A stretch of 64,000 nt of DNA from Patescibacteria group bacterium (lineage in GTDB: Bacteria > Patescibacteriota > JACMRA01): positions 2,851 to 66,850 of the forward strand of contig JBCDGH010000001.1 of NCBI GenBank assembly GCA_038751365.1. The letters run 5' to 3'. Below, piece by piece: positions 48,972 through 57,894 of the stretch. Every line of letters begins with the position of its first letter. The stretch's first letter is position 1. The notes below the pieces were generated by a model that had not been told where the DNA came from, did not search any database, and worked only from the letters and a program-made list of their open reading frames with translations. A program made the translations under genes and the position numbers.

Positions 48972-49700
48972 TTAGATATTCTTCCTACCAAAAAAATTAA
49001 AGATATACACTGCATCAGTGTTGTTATTTATGTTGATGGTGTTGTTGATAGTTTCCAGTGAAGCCTGAGTGTAGATTGGCAAAGTAGATGTTGGATTAGG
49101 TATTATCAAACCGGCTATTTCTAGGCTTTTTTCAAGATTGCTTCTAACATCACTCTCCACAACAGTACCGTTGAGAAAAAATTCAGTTTCAATTTTATTA
49201 ATTGTTATTTGCATAGTTTGCTCAGAATCAGAAATAAAACTGCCAAACATAACCGCGTTGACAGTGGGGTACTGGTTATTTACTGCTAAAGCAGGATTAT
49301 TTAGGATTCCTAAGTCAAAACCAGAACCTGTATAAGTAAATGATGTATCATTAGAGATAGATAATCTGCTTTCTGGAAACTGAATATTTGAGTTCAAAAA
49401 GCTTGATTTGACACCAACATATTCGCCATTAAGAGTAGGTTGAACTAAATCAATTTCCGGTGTTGTAACCTCAACTTCAGACTGCTTATTGGTGTAGTCG
49501 ACCTCGGGTGATGATAAGGATTGCTTGAATTCTGAATAGTCCTCAGGCTGAAATTCTTGGGTAGGAAAATTATCAAAAGAAGCCTTAGCTTGAGATTGAT
49601 AGTAGGAAAAAAATATTACCCCAGTTACTACTAAAGTCGACAGTATTGCTGCAAAGGCGAACCAATTCCTACGCCATATTGTTTTATTTAGTAAGTTCAT
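48972..49700 (-). CDS. Membrane-anchored hypothetical protein, paralog of 48207..48914
   Basis: N-terminal TM. The matching segment is GEYVGVKSSFLNSNIQFPESRLSISNDTSFTYTGSGFDLGILN...NNQYPTV. Confidence 0.55.
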   Translation of the reverse strand: MNLLNKTIWRRNWFAFAAILSTLVVTGVIFFSYYQSQAKASFDNFPTQEFQPEDYSEFKQSLSSPEVDYTNKQSEVEVTTPEIDLVQPTLNGEYVGVKSSFLNSNIQFPESRLSISNDTSFTYTGSGFDLGILNNPALAVNNQYPTVNAVMFGSFISDSEQTMQITINKIETEFFLNGTVVESDVRSNLEKSLEIAGLIIPNPTSTLPIYTQASLETINNTININNNTDAVYIFNFFGRKNI

Positions 49701-50061
49701 AGCAATTTTTGTTTTTTTATTTGGTTTATCAATTTTATTTAAGTAGAAAGTTTGTGCTTTATTTTAGTAAATGTCAAAAATTTTTATAAAGCTTGCTCGA
49801 GTATGATTATGAATTAAGTAGCAAAAAAGTATTTTTTAATTACTATTCTATTTGTACTTCCAACTCTTACTACTATACTTTTAATAATTGAGTAAATAAC
49901 TAAGTTGCTAGGATTAGTTGGTGCGAAAGTTTGAATAAGTTAGTATGAGAAGAGGTGTACAATTACTAAATTATAATCGGCAAGAATAGGGTGTGGGCTG
50001 TGCAACTGTTTTGACAAAGCAAGAACAAAAGCTTTAGCTACGATTATAAGTTTTGCACATT

Positions 50062-51930
50062 ATGAGCAACAATCAAGTTAATCCTTATAAGGATATAGAA
50101 GAAAAATGGCAGAAGTCTTGGTATGATAACAACATCTACAGAGCAATAGATGATGATACCACAAGAGAGAAAAAATATATATTGTTGGAGTTCCCTTATC
50201 CATCTGGATCGAATCTTCATATAGGTCACTGTTTTCGGTATACCTTACCTGATGTGTACTCTAGGTTTTTGAGGATGAAGGGTTATAATGTGTTATTTCC
50301 GATAGGTTGGGATGCTTTTGGTCTACCTACTGAAGAATATGCTCGAAAGACTGGTATAAATCCAAAATTAGTCACAGAAACAAATGTAAACAATTTCCGA
50401 GACTCGCTTAAAAGTCTTGGATTCGGATTTGATTGGAGTAGAGAGTTTGCGACTTCAGATCCAAGTTATTATAAGTGGACTCAGTGGATATTTGGCGAGC
50501 TTTATAAGAATGGACTGGCTGAGCAAAAGCAAGTTGAGCTATGGTGGTGTCCAGATCTAAACACAGTCCTTGCAAATGAAGAGGTGATTGAGGTAGATGG
50601 TCGAAAAGTTAGTGAAAAAGGTGAGTATCTGGTGCAAAGGAAAAAAATGCTACAGTGGGTTTTAAAAATGCCAGAATATGCTGAGGAATTACTTAATGGT
50701 CTTGAGCAAACCAACTTTCCAGAATCGATTAAAGAAATGCAGCGAAATTGGATTGGTAAGAGTGAAGGTGTCGTGGTCAGATGGCATCTTGCTAAATTTC
50801 AAACTGAGATTACAAATCAGACCCAAGAAGAGATACCTAGTTTTTCCGAAAACCCTGAGCAAATTAATCACGAGTTAGAATTTGGTGAAAGAGGTTTGGC
50901 TATTATAAAAATAAAAGAGATCGGAGAGTTTGTTATATACGATAAAGCTTTAAGGAATGACTTTAGAACTCGATTTCCTGGTGGTCATCTTGATCCAGGT
51001 GAAAACTCGCTTCAGGCGGCTATAAGAGAAGCTAGGGAGGAAACAGGACTGACAAATTTAGAATACTTAGGTTACTTAGGTAGTTCTCACGGATTTTATA
51101 ATTGGGGTGTAGATTCTTCACAAATCATCCATAAATTAGATCATTTTCATTACTTTGAGTGCTCTCTAAAAGACTGGCATGCCCGCAAAGATGGTCAAGA
51201 AAGCCATATTAATTGTTTTCTAGCCTCACCTGATTATGTAAATGAACATGCAGTATCCCAACAGGTTGAATGTTTGAGTAGAATTCCTGAAGTAAAAGCA
51301 AAATTTGAGAAAAATACGCTTAAAACTTTTACTACTAGAGTAGATACTATCTACGCTGCGACATTTTTGATACTAGCTCCTGAGCACCCAATGGCACTTG
51401 AGATAACTTCGCCTGAGCTTAGAGCCCAAGTCAGTGATTATATAAGTAAGTTCAAGAATCAAAGTGAGCTTGATAGGCAAATCAATAAAGATAAAACTGG
51501 AATTTTTACTGGAAATTACGTGATTCACCCACTTACTGGTGATAGAATACCGGTTTGGGTTTCAGATCTAGTAATCGCAGGCTATGGTACAGGGTGTGTT
51601 ATGGCTGATGCTCATGACGAAAGAGATTATGAATTAGCCGAGAAATACGGTATCCCTTTAAGGGAGACTATTAGCCTTGGAGATGATGTAGATAGAGAAT
51701 TTAAGAAAGTAATTGTTGAAGACGGGGTATTGTTTAATTCTGCTGAGTTTTCTGGTCTTAATTCTGTTGAAGCGAGGATAGAAATTACAAAAAAACTACT
51801 CAAAAACGGGTTCGGTAATACTCAAACTAATTACAAGTTTAGAGATTGGGTCTTTTCAAGGCAGCGCTACTGGGGTGAGCCTTTCCCATTTGTATATTCT
51901 AAAGTAGGAAGCAACACTGACTACAATTAA
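50062..51930 (+). CDS. leuS: Leucyl-tRNA synthetase, N-terminal fragment (HIGH half of the catalytic domain plus CP1 editing domain) with an inserted Nudix-like domain
   Basis: PYPSGSNLHIGH, WDAFGLP, QRNWIGKSEG, TTRVDT, GTGCVMADAHDERDYE and SRQRYWGEPFPFVY, followed by 10 aa and TAA. Start set at the ATG at 50062. Confidence 0.85.
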   Translation: MSNNQVNPYKDIEEKWQKSWYDNNIYRAIDDDTTREKKYILLEFPYPSGSNLHIGHCFRYTLPDVYSRFLRMKGYNVLFPIGWDAFGLPTEEYARKTGINPKLVTETNVNNFRDSLKSLGFGFDWSREFATSDPSYYKWTQWIFGELYKNGLAEQKQVELWWCPDLNTVLANEEVIEVDGRKVSEKGEYLVQRKKMLQWVLKMPEYAEELLNGLEQTNFPESIKEMQRNWIGKSEGVVVRWHLAKFQTEITNQTQEEIPSFSENPEQINHELEFGERGLAIIKIKEIGEFVIYDKALRNDFRTRFPGGHLDPGENSLQAAIREAREETGLTNLEYLGYLGSSHGFYNWGVDSSQIIHKLDHFHYFECSLKDWHARKDGQESHINCFLASPDYVNEHAVSQQVECLSRIPEVKAKFEKNTLKTFTTRVDTIYAATFLILAPEHPMALEITSPELRAQVSDYISKFKNQSELDRQINKDKTGIFTGNYVIHPLTGDRIPVWVSDLVIAGYGTGCVMADAHDERDYELAEKYGIPLRETISLGDDVDREFKKVIVEDGVLFNSAEFSGLNSVEARIEITKKLLKNGFGNTQTNYKFRDWVFSRQRYWGEPFPFVYSKVGSNTDYN

Positions 51931-51983
51931 TATTATAGGAAACAAGAGTTTACTTTCAGATAAAGAAAGTGTATGATAATTAG

Positions 51984-52253
51984 TTATTTTTTGGCTTTTA
52001 ATTTATGGTTTGAGGGTTTAATTTCTTGTTTAGATTCTTTATTCTCTTTAGTCCAATTAGTAAGCTCAAGGAATAATTCTTGAAGTCTTTTATATTCTTG
52101 AGGGCTAGATTTTGGATCGATACTCCTAATCTCACTTTTGAGATCACTTAAAATAATAGCTTTAAATCCTTGGTCTGAGTGAGCAAAGGAATTATTACCA
52201 CCTAAAGCATCGGTGATATATTTGATTAACGATGTGATTTCAGATCCAGGCAT
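51984..52253 (-). CDS. Hypothetical protein (89 aa)
   Basis: ORF only; located between the two leuS pieces on the opposite strand. Confidence 0.35.
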   Translation of the reverse strand: MPGSEITSLIKYITDALGGNNSFAHSDQGFKAIILSDLKSEIRSIDPKSSPQEYKRLQELFLELTNWTKENKESKQEIKPSNHKLKAKK

Positions 52254-52420
52254 ATTTTTGTTTTGGTGTTTTTTATCTGCTTGGATAAATAGTATATTAT
52301 ACTATGTAACTTTTAGCAACAAACTTTTGTTGATTATTCAGATGGGCTTAAAAATAATCACAACACGTGTTTTATCGTTTTTTCTGGACATTATGCAATC
52401 TATTCAAGTATAGATTTTTT

Positions 52421-53044
52421 ATGAAAATTTCAATTATTTGTTCAAGCCATAGAATCGCTTCTCAATCTAGTAAAGTAAGTTCGTTTCTAGAAAATATTTT
52501 AAAAAATAACAGTGTAGAAACTTACCTACTCGAACTCGCCAAAACTCCTTTAGCCTTTGCATACGCTGACGGTTATGCGGATAGCAACTACTCAAAAAAA
52601 ACAGAGGAACTCTTAAACCAAATTTTACCTCAGTTGGATAGTTCTCAAGGATTCGTATTTGTTGTTCCTGAGTGGTCAGGTATGGCTACGCCCATGTTAA
52701 AGAACCTAATCTTACATTTAAATCACGAATTAGCCCACAAGCCAATACTACTAGTTTCGATATCAGCTAGTCGTGGAGGAGCTTTTCCTATTGCAGAATT
52801 ACGCCTCTCAGGCTACAAGAATGCGCTATATAATATAATCCCAGAGCATTTGATTATTAGAAATGTTAATGATGTTCTTAATAGTAGCGAAATCAATGAG
52901 CAAAAATACGGTCGTGCAGATACTTTTATCAAAAAAAGAATTAACTTTGCTTTAGATTTGCTTTTAAAGTATTCAAGGGCTCTAGAAATAGTTAGAGAGG
53001 ATGGTCTACCTTTATTTGAGTTAAGTGAAAATGGAATGTCTTAA
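52421..53044 (+). CDS. NAD(P)H-dependent FMN reductase-like flavoprotein
   Basis: MKISIICSSHRIASQSSKV.., VFVVPEWSGMATPMLKNLILHL and KPILLVSISASRGGAFPIAELRL fit the FMN_red pattern. Start moved to the ATG at 52421. Confidence 0.6.
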   Translation: MKISIICSSHRIASQSSKVSSFLENILKNNSVETYLLELAKTPLAFAYADGYADSNYSKKTEELLNQILPQLDSSQGFVFVVPEWSGMATPMLKNLILHLNHELAHKPILLVSISASRGGAFPIAELRLSGYKNALYNIIPEHLIIRNVNDVLNSSEINEQKYGRADTFIKKRINFALDLLLKYSRALEIVREDGLPLFELSENGMS

Positions 53045-53167
53045 GATTTGTAAACAAGTTACTTACTTTTAAAGATTATTTGTGTTGATGGTTGGAAGTG
53101 TAGATGGTATATTTGATTATATATCAAAGATAATCTAAAATTATTAGAATCAGGTTAAAAATAATCG

Positions 53168-53404
53168 ATGGAAAATAAAAATAAAAAGCTAGTTCTGAGA
53201 AAAGAAAAGCCCTTGAGAAGGTCTAAGTTTCATGATGTAATCATTAGTTACTTAGCTAAAGAAATGGCTAATCTTAATATTCATTCTAAAGGAGGTGCTA
53301 CAGCTAACAAAACCTCAGTCGAAGATATAAAGCTAATTAGTGATTTTAAACCCAGTCTAGATTTGCTTGATACATTAAAGCGATTAAAAGATACTTCCAG
53401 TTAG
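53168..53404 (+). CDS. Hypothetical basic protein (78 aa)
   Basis: ORF only. Confidence 0.3.
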   Translation: MENKNKKLVLRKEKPLRRSKFHDVIISYLAKEMANLNIHSKGGATANKTSVEDIKLISDFKPSLDLLDTLKRLKDTSS

Positions 53405-53514
53405 CTTAATAAGTAGAATTTTTGATATTTAAATACAAAATACAGTTCAGATTTAGGGTTTGACTTTATTGGAAAGTATTACTAGGTTTGGATAATAGTT
53501 AAATCAAATTAATT

Positions 53515-54681
53515 GTGTCTAAATCTAAAATTGAAGCTAAGAAAACAACTAAAATTAATGAAGAGTCTTATCTAATTAAATTATTAGAGAGAGATGAACT
53601 CCCTTTAGAACTCCCTGATATCGAAAATTTTGAACCTTCAGCAGATGGTAAATCTCCCTTAGCAAAGACTGATTGGGTAGTTATTAAAGATGAAGAGGGT
53701 AGAAAAATTGGTATGCACGAGGCAGATACTATGCCAACTTGGGCAGGCTCTAGCTGGTATCACTTGAGATTTACAGATCCTAAGAATTCTTCTGAGTTCG
53801 CTTCTAAACAAAAGCTACAATACTGGCTCCCAGTGGATCATTACTTTGGTGGTAGTGAGCATACTACAGTTCATTTACTATATTCACGGTTTTGGCATAA
53901 GGTTTTGTATGAGCTTGGTTATGTAACGACTCCAGAACCTTTTCAGAAACGTACAAACGGCGGTGTTCTACTGGCTAGTGACGGAACTAAAATGAGTAAG
54001 TCTAAGGGTAATGTAATTAATCCAAAAGATAAATTAGATATCGTTGGTGCGGATGCTTTGAGACTCTATATTAGTTTCATTGGTCCATATGAGGCTACTG
54101 TTTCTTGGCAAGATGGTGGTTTGATCGCCTGTAAAAAGCTTGTCGATAGCCTATTTAGATTGTATGGAAAAGTTGATAAGTCGAATGCTAGTGATAGTGA
54201 CAAGAAAACTCTAGTTATTTACAATAAGATGTTGAAAAAAGTTACTGAATTGTATGAGAATCAGAAAATCAACGTGGTAGTAGCTGAAATCATGACCTTT
54301 GTGAATCATCTTAAGTCGATTGATGTTATTTCAGGTAGTGTTTGGTTAGGATTACTTCAAGTATTAGCACCATTAGCTCCTCATATAACAGAAGAACTGT
54401 GGTATAGATTCCATGAAGAGTATGATCATGAAGACTACACCAAATCTATACATTTGAGCTCTTGGCCTGAATATAATGCTAACTTAGTCAAAGATGAAGT
54501 GGTAACAATTGCTGTTCAGATAAATAGTAAGGTTAGAACAACTTTTGAGGCTCAAGCTGATACAGACGACGATGCTCTATTCAATCAAGCTAAAGAGGTA
54601 GCTCAAAAATGGCTTGAGGGAAAAAATATCAAATTCTTTAAAGTCGTTAAGAACAAGTTAATTAGTATTGTTGCTGATTGA
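53515..54681 (+). CDS. leuS: Leucyl-tRNA synthetase, C-terminal fragment (KMSKS half of the catalytic domain plus anticodon-binding and C-terminal domains)
   Basis: LPLELPD, DTMPTWAGSSWYHLRF, WLPVDHYFGGSEHTTVHLLYSRFWH and KMSKSKGNVINP. GTG start at 53515; in-frame TAA at 53500-53502. Confidence 0.85.
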   Translation: MSKSKIEAKKTTKINEESYLIKLLERDELPLELPDIENFEPSADGKSPLAKTDWVVIKDEEGRKIGMHEADTMPTWAGSSWYHLRFTDPKNSSEFASKQKLQYWLPVDHYFGGSEHTTVHLLYSRFWHKVLYELGYVTTPEPFQKRTNGGVLLASDGTKMSKSKGNVINPKDKLDIVGADALRLYISFIGPYEATVSWQDGGLIACKKLVDSLFRLYGKVDKSNASDSDKKTLVIYNKMLKKVTELYENQKINVVVAEIMTFVNHLKSIDVISGSVWLGLLQVLAPLAPHITEELWYRFHEEYDHEDYTKSIHLSSWPEYNANLVKDEVVTIAVQINSKVRTTFEAQADTDDDALFNQAKEVAQKWLEGKNIKFFKVVKNKLISIVAD

Positions 54682-54713
54682 GATTAATTTTAGATGCTAT
54701 TTCTCTCTTTGAT

Positions 54714-54980
54714 CTAGATTGTATCTTGCGCATCTCCTTGTTGAGCGTTTTGATTTGGGGGTGTGCTGTCGCCGGGAGTAATTTTCAAATCTTCTAGTTT
54801 TGGAGCTTCTACACTGTTTAGTTCTACTTCTGGCTCCTTGGTGTTGTTCTGATCTCTATCATCCATAGCCGCAGCTAAAGCAATGATAACCAAAATTACG
54901 AAAATCAGAATTATCCCAGATACAATGAATACATTTTCTTTTCTGGTAGTCTTTTGATCTTTGGTTTGTTTTTTAGGCAT
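54714..54980 (-). CDS. Small single-TM hypothetical protein
   Basis: Basic N-terminus, TM helix (VFIVSGIILIFVILVIIALAAA), acidic tail. Confidence 0.4.
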   Translation of the reverse strand: MPKKQTKDQKTTRKENVFIVSGIILIFVILVIIALAAAMDDRDQNNTKEPEVELNSVEAPKLEDLKITPGDSTPPNQNAQQGDAQDTI

Positions 54981-55232
54981 ACTCGTTGTAATAATTACAA
55001 TGCAGTGTCATTATATTACACCTTTTAAATTTTGAAAAGTTTTAAAGGGCTAACTTTCACACTAGCTAATTATCTTTTTGTAACTTAAATATATTTTAAG
55101 CTCAGTTTATAGAGATAGTTTTCTTCTTTTTTCAAAGTGCGGAATTTTAAAAACTGGTATAGTTTTACAGTAATGTAATCTTACGCATAATTGTAGTTAG
55201 AATAAATTAGAAAATGGTAAGTAAATCAAATT

Positions 55233-56213
55233 ATGTCGTTAATTGACAACTCCTATTTAGAAAAGAAAATCAAAATTTGGTACAAGGAAAAATTTCAAAA
55301 AAAGATTGACTCAATCAGTCTTTTATCTGGAGGTCAGTCTAATCTTTGCTATTTAATCAACAATAACTATGTACTGAAAGTTTACAAGCCTAAGTATTCC
55401 TATGCAAAAAAAGACCAGGAAAAGTATTTTGATACTGCTAGAGAGTTTCAGCCTAAACTTAATAAAAGTGGATTTACTCCTAAAATAACCCAAGTATATG
55501 TAGATGATGACATATTAGAAGCAAACGTAATATTAATGGAGTATATTGCAGGTAAAGATTTGTCTATAACTTTATCAAAATGTAGTGAAGATTTTAAATT
55601 TAATACTGGGCAAGAAATTGGCTCAATACTGAAAGCTATTTATCAGAGTGAGACTATATCAAATCAAAGCTATAATACTCAAGAGCTTTTAGATACTACT
55701 AAAAGACATTTAGCAATAGCTATAGAGAGAGGTGTAATACCGCAAAATATTCTGATCAAATCGCAAGAATACATAGACAACTATATTCCAAGAAATATTT
55801 CGGAGGATTTTGTACTAGTGCATGGAGACGCTCATTTGGAGAATTTTATAAAACAGCAAAGTAAATTGTTTGTGATTGATTTTGATTTATGTAGCATGGC
55901 ATTAGCTTTTTTTGAAACTAGAATGTTACTGCATCTAGCCTTTATGCCAGCTAATTTAGTATCCGAGGAATTAGAAATTTATTACCCTGAAGGTTCGATG
56001 CTTATTTTAGTTAGTGGGGTTATTGAGTCTTATCCTGAGATACTACCACATAAGTACTTTAGTGAAATAAAACTGATAGCTCTTACTGAAATCTTAGGTA
56101 AATTTGACTTGGATGAATCGGTAGTTGACCGGATTATTCCAATAAGAAGAGCTAGCTTTATGTTTGATCAAATTTTTAACCAAAGTGCTCTGGAAAATCT
56201 ATTAAATCATTAA
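55233..56213 (+). CDS. Aminoglycoside/choline-kinase-like phosphotransferase (APH family)
   Basis: Catalytic loop LVHGDAHLENFI and metal-binding VIDFD. Confidence 0.65.
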   Translation: MSLIDNSYLEKKIKIWYKEKFQKKIDSISLLSGGQSNLCYLINNNYVLKVYKPKYSYAKKDQEKYFDTAREFQPKLNKSGFTPKITQVYVDDDILEANVILMEYIAGKDLSITLSKCSEDFKFNTGQEIGSILKAIYQSETISNQSYNTQELLDTTKRHLAIAIERGVIPQNILIKSQEYIDNYIPRNISEDFVLVHGDAHLENFIKQQSKLFVIDFDLCSMALAFFETRMLLHLAFMPANLVSEELEIYYPEGSMLILVSGVIESYPEILPHKYFSEIKLIALTEILGKFDLDESVVDRIIPIRRASFMFDQIFNQSALENLLNH

Positions 56214-56228
56214 TATACCCTAAGATTT

Positions 56229-56300
56229 TAGTTTATCTAGCCGCAAATAGTGTTTGAATATGTGATGAAGATATGATTTAAACAAACAAATTCTGAGTAT
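56229..56300. repeat. Left copy of an imperfect direct repeat flanking the AbiE pair
   Basis: 56229-56284 aligns without gaps to 57788-57843 with 42 of 56 identical positions (hand count). Shared blocks are TTATCTAGC and GATTTAAACA at identical 42-nt spacing, followed by ATTC..AGTAT. Confidence 0.6.
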
Positions 56301-56323
56301 TATGTTGCAGATGAGGACAAAGG

Positions 56324-56352
56324 TTGACAAGTTTGACAATATACTTCATAAT
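56324..56352 (+). promoter_or_regulatory. Candidate sigma-70 promoter for the AbiEi/AbiEii pair (TTGACA-N17-CATAAT)
   Basis: The -35 box is at 56324-56329 and the -10 box at 56347-56352, about 30 nt upstream of the ATG at 56384. Confidence 0.4.
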
Positions 56353-56383
56353 TGCGTAGTATTCTTACGCTTTTTGATGTACT

Positions 56384-56956
56384 ATGCAAAGAGATAAACT
56401 AGAACTTCTTTTAGAAAAAACTCAAACCGTCTTTGACATTAAGGAGTTGGCAGCGGCTTGGGATTATTTAGATTACAAAAAAGTAAAAGAACTTGCAAGA
56501 TACTATAGTGGCAAACAAAAACTACTCAGAGTAGCTCACGGTTTGTACTCCACCACCGACAAGCCAAAAATTCTAGAAGTAGCTCAAAAACTACAAACTC
56601 CTTCATATATTACTTACCACACAGCCTTAAGTATCCACGGTATCAATTTTCAGTTTTATTCCAATATTCATTGTTTTTCCAAACGAAAAAAGGAGGTGGT
56701 GGTCTTGGGGCAAAAAATCATCTATCATCAAACAAAACTAGAAACTTTATTTAATCCACTTGGTATTGAAAAAAAAGAGGGTTACTATCTAGCCTCTCTC
56801 GAGCGATCAATATGTGATAGTCTGTATCTTTCCCCAGGTCTTGCCTTCGATAACCTAAAAAACATCAATTCTGAAAAGATTCTGGAAATAAGCCAGATTT
56901 ACGGGAATAAAAGGGTGGAAAGGGAAATTTTGAAGATCGTCAAATATTTAGACTAA
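56384..56956 (+). CDS. AbiEi-like antitoxin (type IV TA/abortive infection)
   Basis: Sits immediately upstream of an AbiEii-like gene. It has the size and LLRVAHGLYS-type motif seen in AbiEi proteins. Confidence 0.5.
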   Translation: MQRDKLELLLEKTQTVFDIKELAAAWDYLDYKKVKELARYYSGKQKLLRVAHGLYSTTDKPKILEVAQKLQTPSYITYHTALSIHGINFQFYSNIHCFSKRKKEVVVLGQKIIYHQTKLETLFNPLGIEKKEGYYLASLERSICDSLYLSPGLAFDNLKNINSEKILEISQIYGNKRVEREILKIVKYLD

Positions 56957-56991
56957 CACAAATTATTATTAATGAACAATTTCATTATTCT

Positions 56992-57675
56992 ATGCTCAAC
57001 CAAAAAACTCATGAAACCCATTTACGTAGGCTTTTATCCAGTATTTACTTAAGCAGAGATTTGCAAAATATTTTAGCATTTAAAGGTGGAACTAGCCTAT
57101 ACATGTTTTATAATCTTGATAGATTTTCTACTGATTTAGATTTTAATTGTTTGACTGAAAATTTAGGTGTGGAGACCTTAAATAAAATTTTTCAGGATTA
57201 TCACATTCAAGACTATTACAACAAAAGAAATACTTGGTTTTGGCTACTTTCTTACCAAAAAGCTCAGATGAAAATTAAGGTGGAAGTCAGTAAAAGAGAC
57301 TATCCAGATACCTACGAAACAAAAGATCTGCTTGGTATTCCAATTAAAGTCATGACGAAAGAGTGTATGTTTGCCCACAAGCTTTGCGCCATTACAGATA
57401 GATCAAAACTACAAAACAGAGACTTATATGATACCTTGTTTATGCTCAAAAATAACTTTGAAATAAAGCAGGAAATTATTAAACTTAGAACTGGTAATAC
57501 CTTAAAAGAATATTTAGAGCACCTAATTGAATTCATTCCCAAAAACATTAAAACTAATCATATTTTAGACGGACTTGGAGAAGTGCTTACCGAAAACCAA
57601 AAAGATTGGGCAAAGTCTCAGCTTCTGCCGCTTTTACTTATGGAAATTCAAAATAGGTTGAGAGAAATCTCATAA
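56992..57675 (+). CDS. AbiEii/AbiGii-family nucleotidyltransferase toxin (DUF1814)
   Basis: AFKGGTSLYMFYNLDRFSTDLDF matches the KGGTAL...R.S.DLDF signature. Confidence 0.65.
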   Translation: MLNQKTHETHLRRLLSSIYLSRDLQNILAFKGGTSLYMFYNLDRFSTDLDFNCLTENLGVETLNKIFQDYHIQDYYNKRNTWFWLLSYQKAQMKIKVEVSKRDYPDTYETKDLLGIPIKVMTKECMFAHKLCAITDRSKLQNRDLYDTLFMLKNNFEIKQEIIKLRTGNTLKEYLEHLIEFIPKNIKTNHILDGLGEVLTENQKDWAKSQLLPLLLMEIQNRLREIS

Positions 57676-57785
57676 ACCTTAAGTACAAATTTAGGCGAGT
57701 TAACATGAGTGTGGGTATAACAACAAAACTCGGGATAAAGTTACTCTAAATCCAAAACTAGATCCTCAGCCTTATATGTTAAAAT

Positions 57786-57855
57786 TGTAGCTTATCTAGC
57801 TACAAAAAGTATTTTTAAATGAGGTTAAGGCAAGATTTAAACAGATTCCTAGTAT
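57786..57855. repeat. Right copy of the imperfect direct repeat flanking the AbiE pair
   Basis: See the left copy; the two copies are offset by 1559 bp. Confidence 0.6.
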
Positions 57856-57857
57856 GC

Positions 57858-57885
57858 TTGACATTTTCTAGATTAACTATAGAAT
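57858..57885 (+). promoter_or_regulatory. Candidate sigma-70 promoter (TTGACA-N16-TAGAAT) giving a near-leaderless transcript
   Basis: The -10 box ends at 57885 and the ATG is at 57895. Confidence 0.4.
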
Positions 57886-57894
57886 TTTATATTA

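Noticed and set aside
49701-50061. T-box leader or other riboswitch in the 360-nt region upstream of leuS
   Set aside because: AATAGGGTGTGGGCTGTGC only loosely resembles the T-box core (GGGUGGNACCGCG). I find no terminator/antiterminator hairpin with a U-run before the start codon and no convincing specifier stem. The region also serves the divergent minus-strand operon.
51931-53514. Intein, split intein or group II intron as the cause of the leuS interruption
   Set aside because: The tails at the break (SKVGSNTDYN* and MSKSKIEAKKTTKINEESYLIKLLERDE) are far too short for split-intein halves and lack Cys/Ser-start or HN-end motifs. The insert has no reverse-transcriptase/maturase ORF, and one of its ORFs is on the opposite strand.
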